Shown here piece after piece: positions 60,503-64,000 of a stretch of 64,000 bases of DNA. The position numbers and the translations under genes were made by a program. The stretch is taken from positions 21,576,001-21,640,000 of the forward strand of contig NC_073393.1 of the NCBI RefSeq assembly GCF_028641065.1, written 5' to 3'. The notes under the pieces are model-generated. The model was not told where the DNA came from, made no database searches, and worked only from the letters and a program-made list of their open reading frames with translations. The DNA is from Leucoraja erinacea (Eukaryota). Numbering within the stretch: the first letter of the stretch is position 1; each line of letters begins with the position of its first letter.

Positions 60503-62950
60503 TAGCTGCAGACACACTATGTATAGTATAATATTTAAAAATAAAAGACCAAATTAGACAATTGCATCAATTGAGAGGACCGACAGTTGTCTAATGCGGC
60601 AGTCTCTATCAGTTTTTGTTTGGGGGGGGCATGAAGGCGTCACTAAATTTTAAAATGACTTGTTGCAGGAAACGCGTGTGCATTCCAGAGATGTAAATAA
60701 ATCCCTGTGTCTAACAACATTCTAATCAAAAAGTCTGAGCAGAAAGATCGAGGGGCAGACACCTCATACAAGTGGGGAAATGAGGTGGTGTCTGGTGCAG
60801 ATGAGAGAGTAGGGGCATTTGGAAACTGGACGGTGTCGCTTAGAAAACTAGCTTGTAGCGGTGTGTTCTTTGAATGGGAGCCTGTGGATACTGGGAGAAA
60901 TTGCGCTCATTCCCCTCGCCTGTTGACAGTTATTGGAAGCCTTTTTGACGTTTCCACCAGACACCATTGTCCAGGTTAATTGGCTGAAACAGCAGTCATT
61001 GCATGGTGGACCAAGCTCTTCCAGGTGTGGAGCAGCTGACAACGTGACGTGCGGTGGGAAAGAGAAGAGGAAGGGAGATGGGAGACAGGAAGGAGAGATG
61101 GGATGGAGTAGTACTCTTAGTGGTTGTGAAAGTTATTAACAAACCTTTCAAATGAATCAGGTCTTAGGAGTGGTTGGGCTAATAACTTATAAAATCATGA
61201 ATCTATTAAAAGACCAAATTGTCTTTATTTGAATTTGAACATTTTGGGGAAGTTTGGAGGGCACTTTGAGTTATTGGTTGTTGTTGGGGACACAGGGAGG
61301 AGGAGGAACCTGCTGGATACAAGTGCCTGACACACCACGCAGGGTAGTATGCGCTCAACTCAAATGCACTATAGCACAAGCGCCTGGTCGCTTCTTGACG
61401 TTTTATTTTTTTTAAAGCTTAATTTAAAAGTTATTTTGCCCAGGAATGGAGCTTTGTTTCTCATATGTTTTTAATTTTCTTGTGATAGCTCTGCCTTCCT
61501 TTAACTGTGGTGAGTTGGGCCATCTTGGAACAAAACGGAATTTTAAAAAGTGTTTTTTTTTTTCTTCCTCGCCTTGCCCCCACTAAAAGATAGATCATTC
61601 CATTGCCTAGCTGCAGTTAGTAAAATGGCACATTGCCAACTGTAAACACCACTTGATGTAAAGTACCAGGTTCTGGCATTGCATTCTCAAGGGGGTAACC
61701 ACAGTGGGATTGTGTGGACTCTACCTTCTGTTGCATAAACTGTACTAACTTGTGCTAAAGTGGGATGTCTGACAATCTTCATTTTCCTATAACATTGCAT
61801 ATATATTATCAAGACAGTAATATATTTACCACTAAAAGCTGGGCATAATTAGCTTCTTTGCACTTTCCAATAGCAAGGCTGTTTATATAATTTTAATATT
61901 TTTGAGGCTCTTACCTGTAATATGTACGTATGGAAGATTAACCAGGGGCAATAGATTCCTGTCAACGTACATTGTTCCTCGTTTCCTTGCGCCAAGGAGG
62001 GAACTGGCAACGTGTCTGGGTTTGTCTGGACAGTTTACCTAAATGTATAACCAAAGTTAGCGAGGCTTTGGTGAAACTGCGCACTTTGGTCCACTGTTTC
62101 ACTTTTAATTGTTTTTAAACTTGAACTGCTGGAACCAAACATGCAAACTTTAAACTGCTTTGAAGTTAACAGAACAAAAGGTTAATCCATATAACTTGTA
62201 TAGCGGGATGCTGAATAATTGTTACACAAACCTTGAATCCCAATTAATGCTTTGTGGACTTTTCTCTGCCTTTGTCTCTATATAGATTCTCTTCCCCCCC
62301 CCCCCTTCTCCCTCTCTCTGCATGCTTGAACTCACCTAATTTTTCCTCTTCATTTTCCCTTGTGATTCACATTTTTGTCTCCATCTGCACTTCTATTTTA
62401 ATCAAATATAATGTTCTACTACTCTGTCTATTCTTTATTCCACCTTCCCTGCTTCTTGGCCATCTATTATTTTTTTTTCTGTCCGTTCCTCAATCCCGTT
62501 CATCGGTCTGTGCCACTCTCTTTACCTCTCCCCTTCTGAGTGATCACTGGTTCGAATCTTTACTAAAATCTGTCAAAGGGAAGTGGCTTCAAGTGTTCCC
62601 ATGAGAAATGAAGTGAAATTTCTGCTGCTTAATTTAAACTTTGCACTTGAAAGATATTACAGGGGGAAATCAAATTGGAAGTTCAGAACAACTTGTAAAT
62701 GAAAAAGTTCAGCAAAAATGATCACTAGCAGTGGGGAGAGAGGTAGGGTTGGTGTTTGTATATAAATTTGGTTTCCGTTTACCACTTTAGGTTATTTTTT
62801 TGTATTAATGTCAGACAGAAATTGTAACACTGAGGAGAGTTTGGATTTTGTTTGTTTATGGCTTTAACATGAGAGAACCTTGCTGACAAAGACAAAAATG
62901 TGTGTCTCCATATACCAGCTTCAATAAATGTGAATCCACACCCTCTGCTG
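60503..62950 (+). other. Probable DYNC1LI2 3' UTR
   Basis: Repeat-free stretch after the stop codon in an otherwise repeat-saturated window; ends near AATAAA 62923-62928. Confidence 0.6.
62923..62928 (+). terminator. Candidate distal polyadenylation signal
   Basis: AATAAA with upstream TGTA motifs (62801, 62823) and a downstream GT/T-rich tract. Proximal AATAAA hexamers also occur at 60540 and 60696. Confidence 0.5.
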
Positions 62951-63844
62951 CACGTCCTTGTTTTCTGGTCTATTAATGAAAGAATGTCACGGAGAATCCA
63001 GTGCACCTAGGAATACTGGTCCCACATCATCTGTGACCATTGCCCACTTGCATGACTGGTTCCCCTGTTGGCACTAGCTGGGAGCTGAAGGATATGGGCA
63101 GGCCTTGCACCCACCTCTACCAAAGAGGAGCATCCTACTGATGCTGGAGGGGAGGGAGACACATTGGATGGAATGCTCCGCGAGAATTGCCACTTTCATT
63201 TCACTGCACATCTCGTATGTGTATGTGACAAATAAACTTGACGACTTGAATAAGCATTATACAAAGGGCAATGTTAATGGAGGGATAAATCACCAGGCCC
63301 AGATAATATACACCAAATTTAAAAAAAAAAAAGCAAAAGAGAAAATTGAGGAGATTATGACTAGCATTGTCCAATTCTTCCTGGTTCCAGAACTGGGGAA
63401 GAGAAAGCAAATGGTTTTAAAGTTACAGAGAGAATGGGGAAGAGATGAATAGGACAAGGTGAAGCTCTCGATTAAGGTGAGGGCAGGATTGCAGTGGGAT
63501 TGTTAAAAATGAAATGGTCATGTTAATGGGGGCAATAGAGAATATGAATGAAATAATATTAAAGCTATAGAAGGAGCAGTTAGAGTGAGAACATATATGT
63601 AAGAGTTTTAAATTCAATGTTTGTGGAAGTTGTCAGTGACAGCACATTTTCCATCCCTCAATTGCCCCTGAATTGATGCAAATTTGTGATCAACCAATTT
63701 CCTTCCTTGAAGAACATTGGAGAACGAGATGTTTATTTGCAACAAACCTGCAATTGTAGGATTATCAATTGCTAAGAACTGCATTTTTAAGTTTCCTGGT
63801 ATATTTAATTCCCCAATTTAAGCAAGTTTCAAATTCATCTCATT

Positions 63845-63941
63845 AGGGCGGCACAGTGTTGCAGCAGTAGAGTTGCTGCCTTACAGCGCCTAAGACCCGG
63901 GTTCAATCCTGATTACGGGTGCTGCCTGTACGGAGTTTATA
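63845..63941 (+). mobile_element. HE1/V-SINE-like SINE head, interrupted at a TA by a Tc1 element
   Basis: gggcggcacagtgttgcagcagtagag...ggttcaatcc...ggagttta-TA. Confidence 0.8.
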
Positions 63942-64000
63942 CATTGCACTCAGAAAGTATTCAGACCCCTTCACTTTTTCCACATTTTGTTACGTTACAG
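63942..64000. mobile_element. Start of a Tc1-type transposon TIR (runs off the window)
   Basis: TA|CATTGCACTCAGAAAGTATTCAGACCCCTTCACTTTTTCCACATTTTGTTACGTTACAG resembles Tc1 TIRs (CAGTGC...) remembered from fish genomes. Confidence 0.75.

Overview
Eukaryotic vertebrate DNA, most likely from a cartilaginous fish (skate/ray-like). The taxon is inferred from the repeat complement: HE1/V-SINE-like, CR1, Rex1/Babar and Penelope elements. The window holds one complete + strand gene, cytoplasmic dynein 1 light intermediate chain 2 (DYNC1LI2). It has 13 coding exons from ATG 7904 to TAA 60502 (1452 nt spliced, 483 aa, all phases consistent), a CpG-island promoter, one U12-type intron (intron 6) and a repeat-free ~2.4 kb 3' UTR. 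A second CpG island at ~0.95-2.6 kb probably starts an unidentified gene on the - strand. Introns are dense with transposon debris. The most striking signal is roughly 50 short pieces (counted by eye) of a Penelope-like retroelement 3' end. Many carry a minimal hammerhead-ribozyme core (CTGAAGA-A-GGGTCTCGACCC-GAAA-CGTC), and they often sit as fold-back palindromes flanked by 12-18 nt target-site duplications. Other points of note are five CCAAT boxes phased at 31 bp upstream of the promoter, an in-frame U2 donor competing with the U12 donor, three miR-17-family sites, and Tc1/Penelope reciprocal nesting. No prokaryotic-type system or CRISPR array is present. Family assignments are from remembered motifs, not database searches, and repeat boundaries are approximate.
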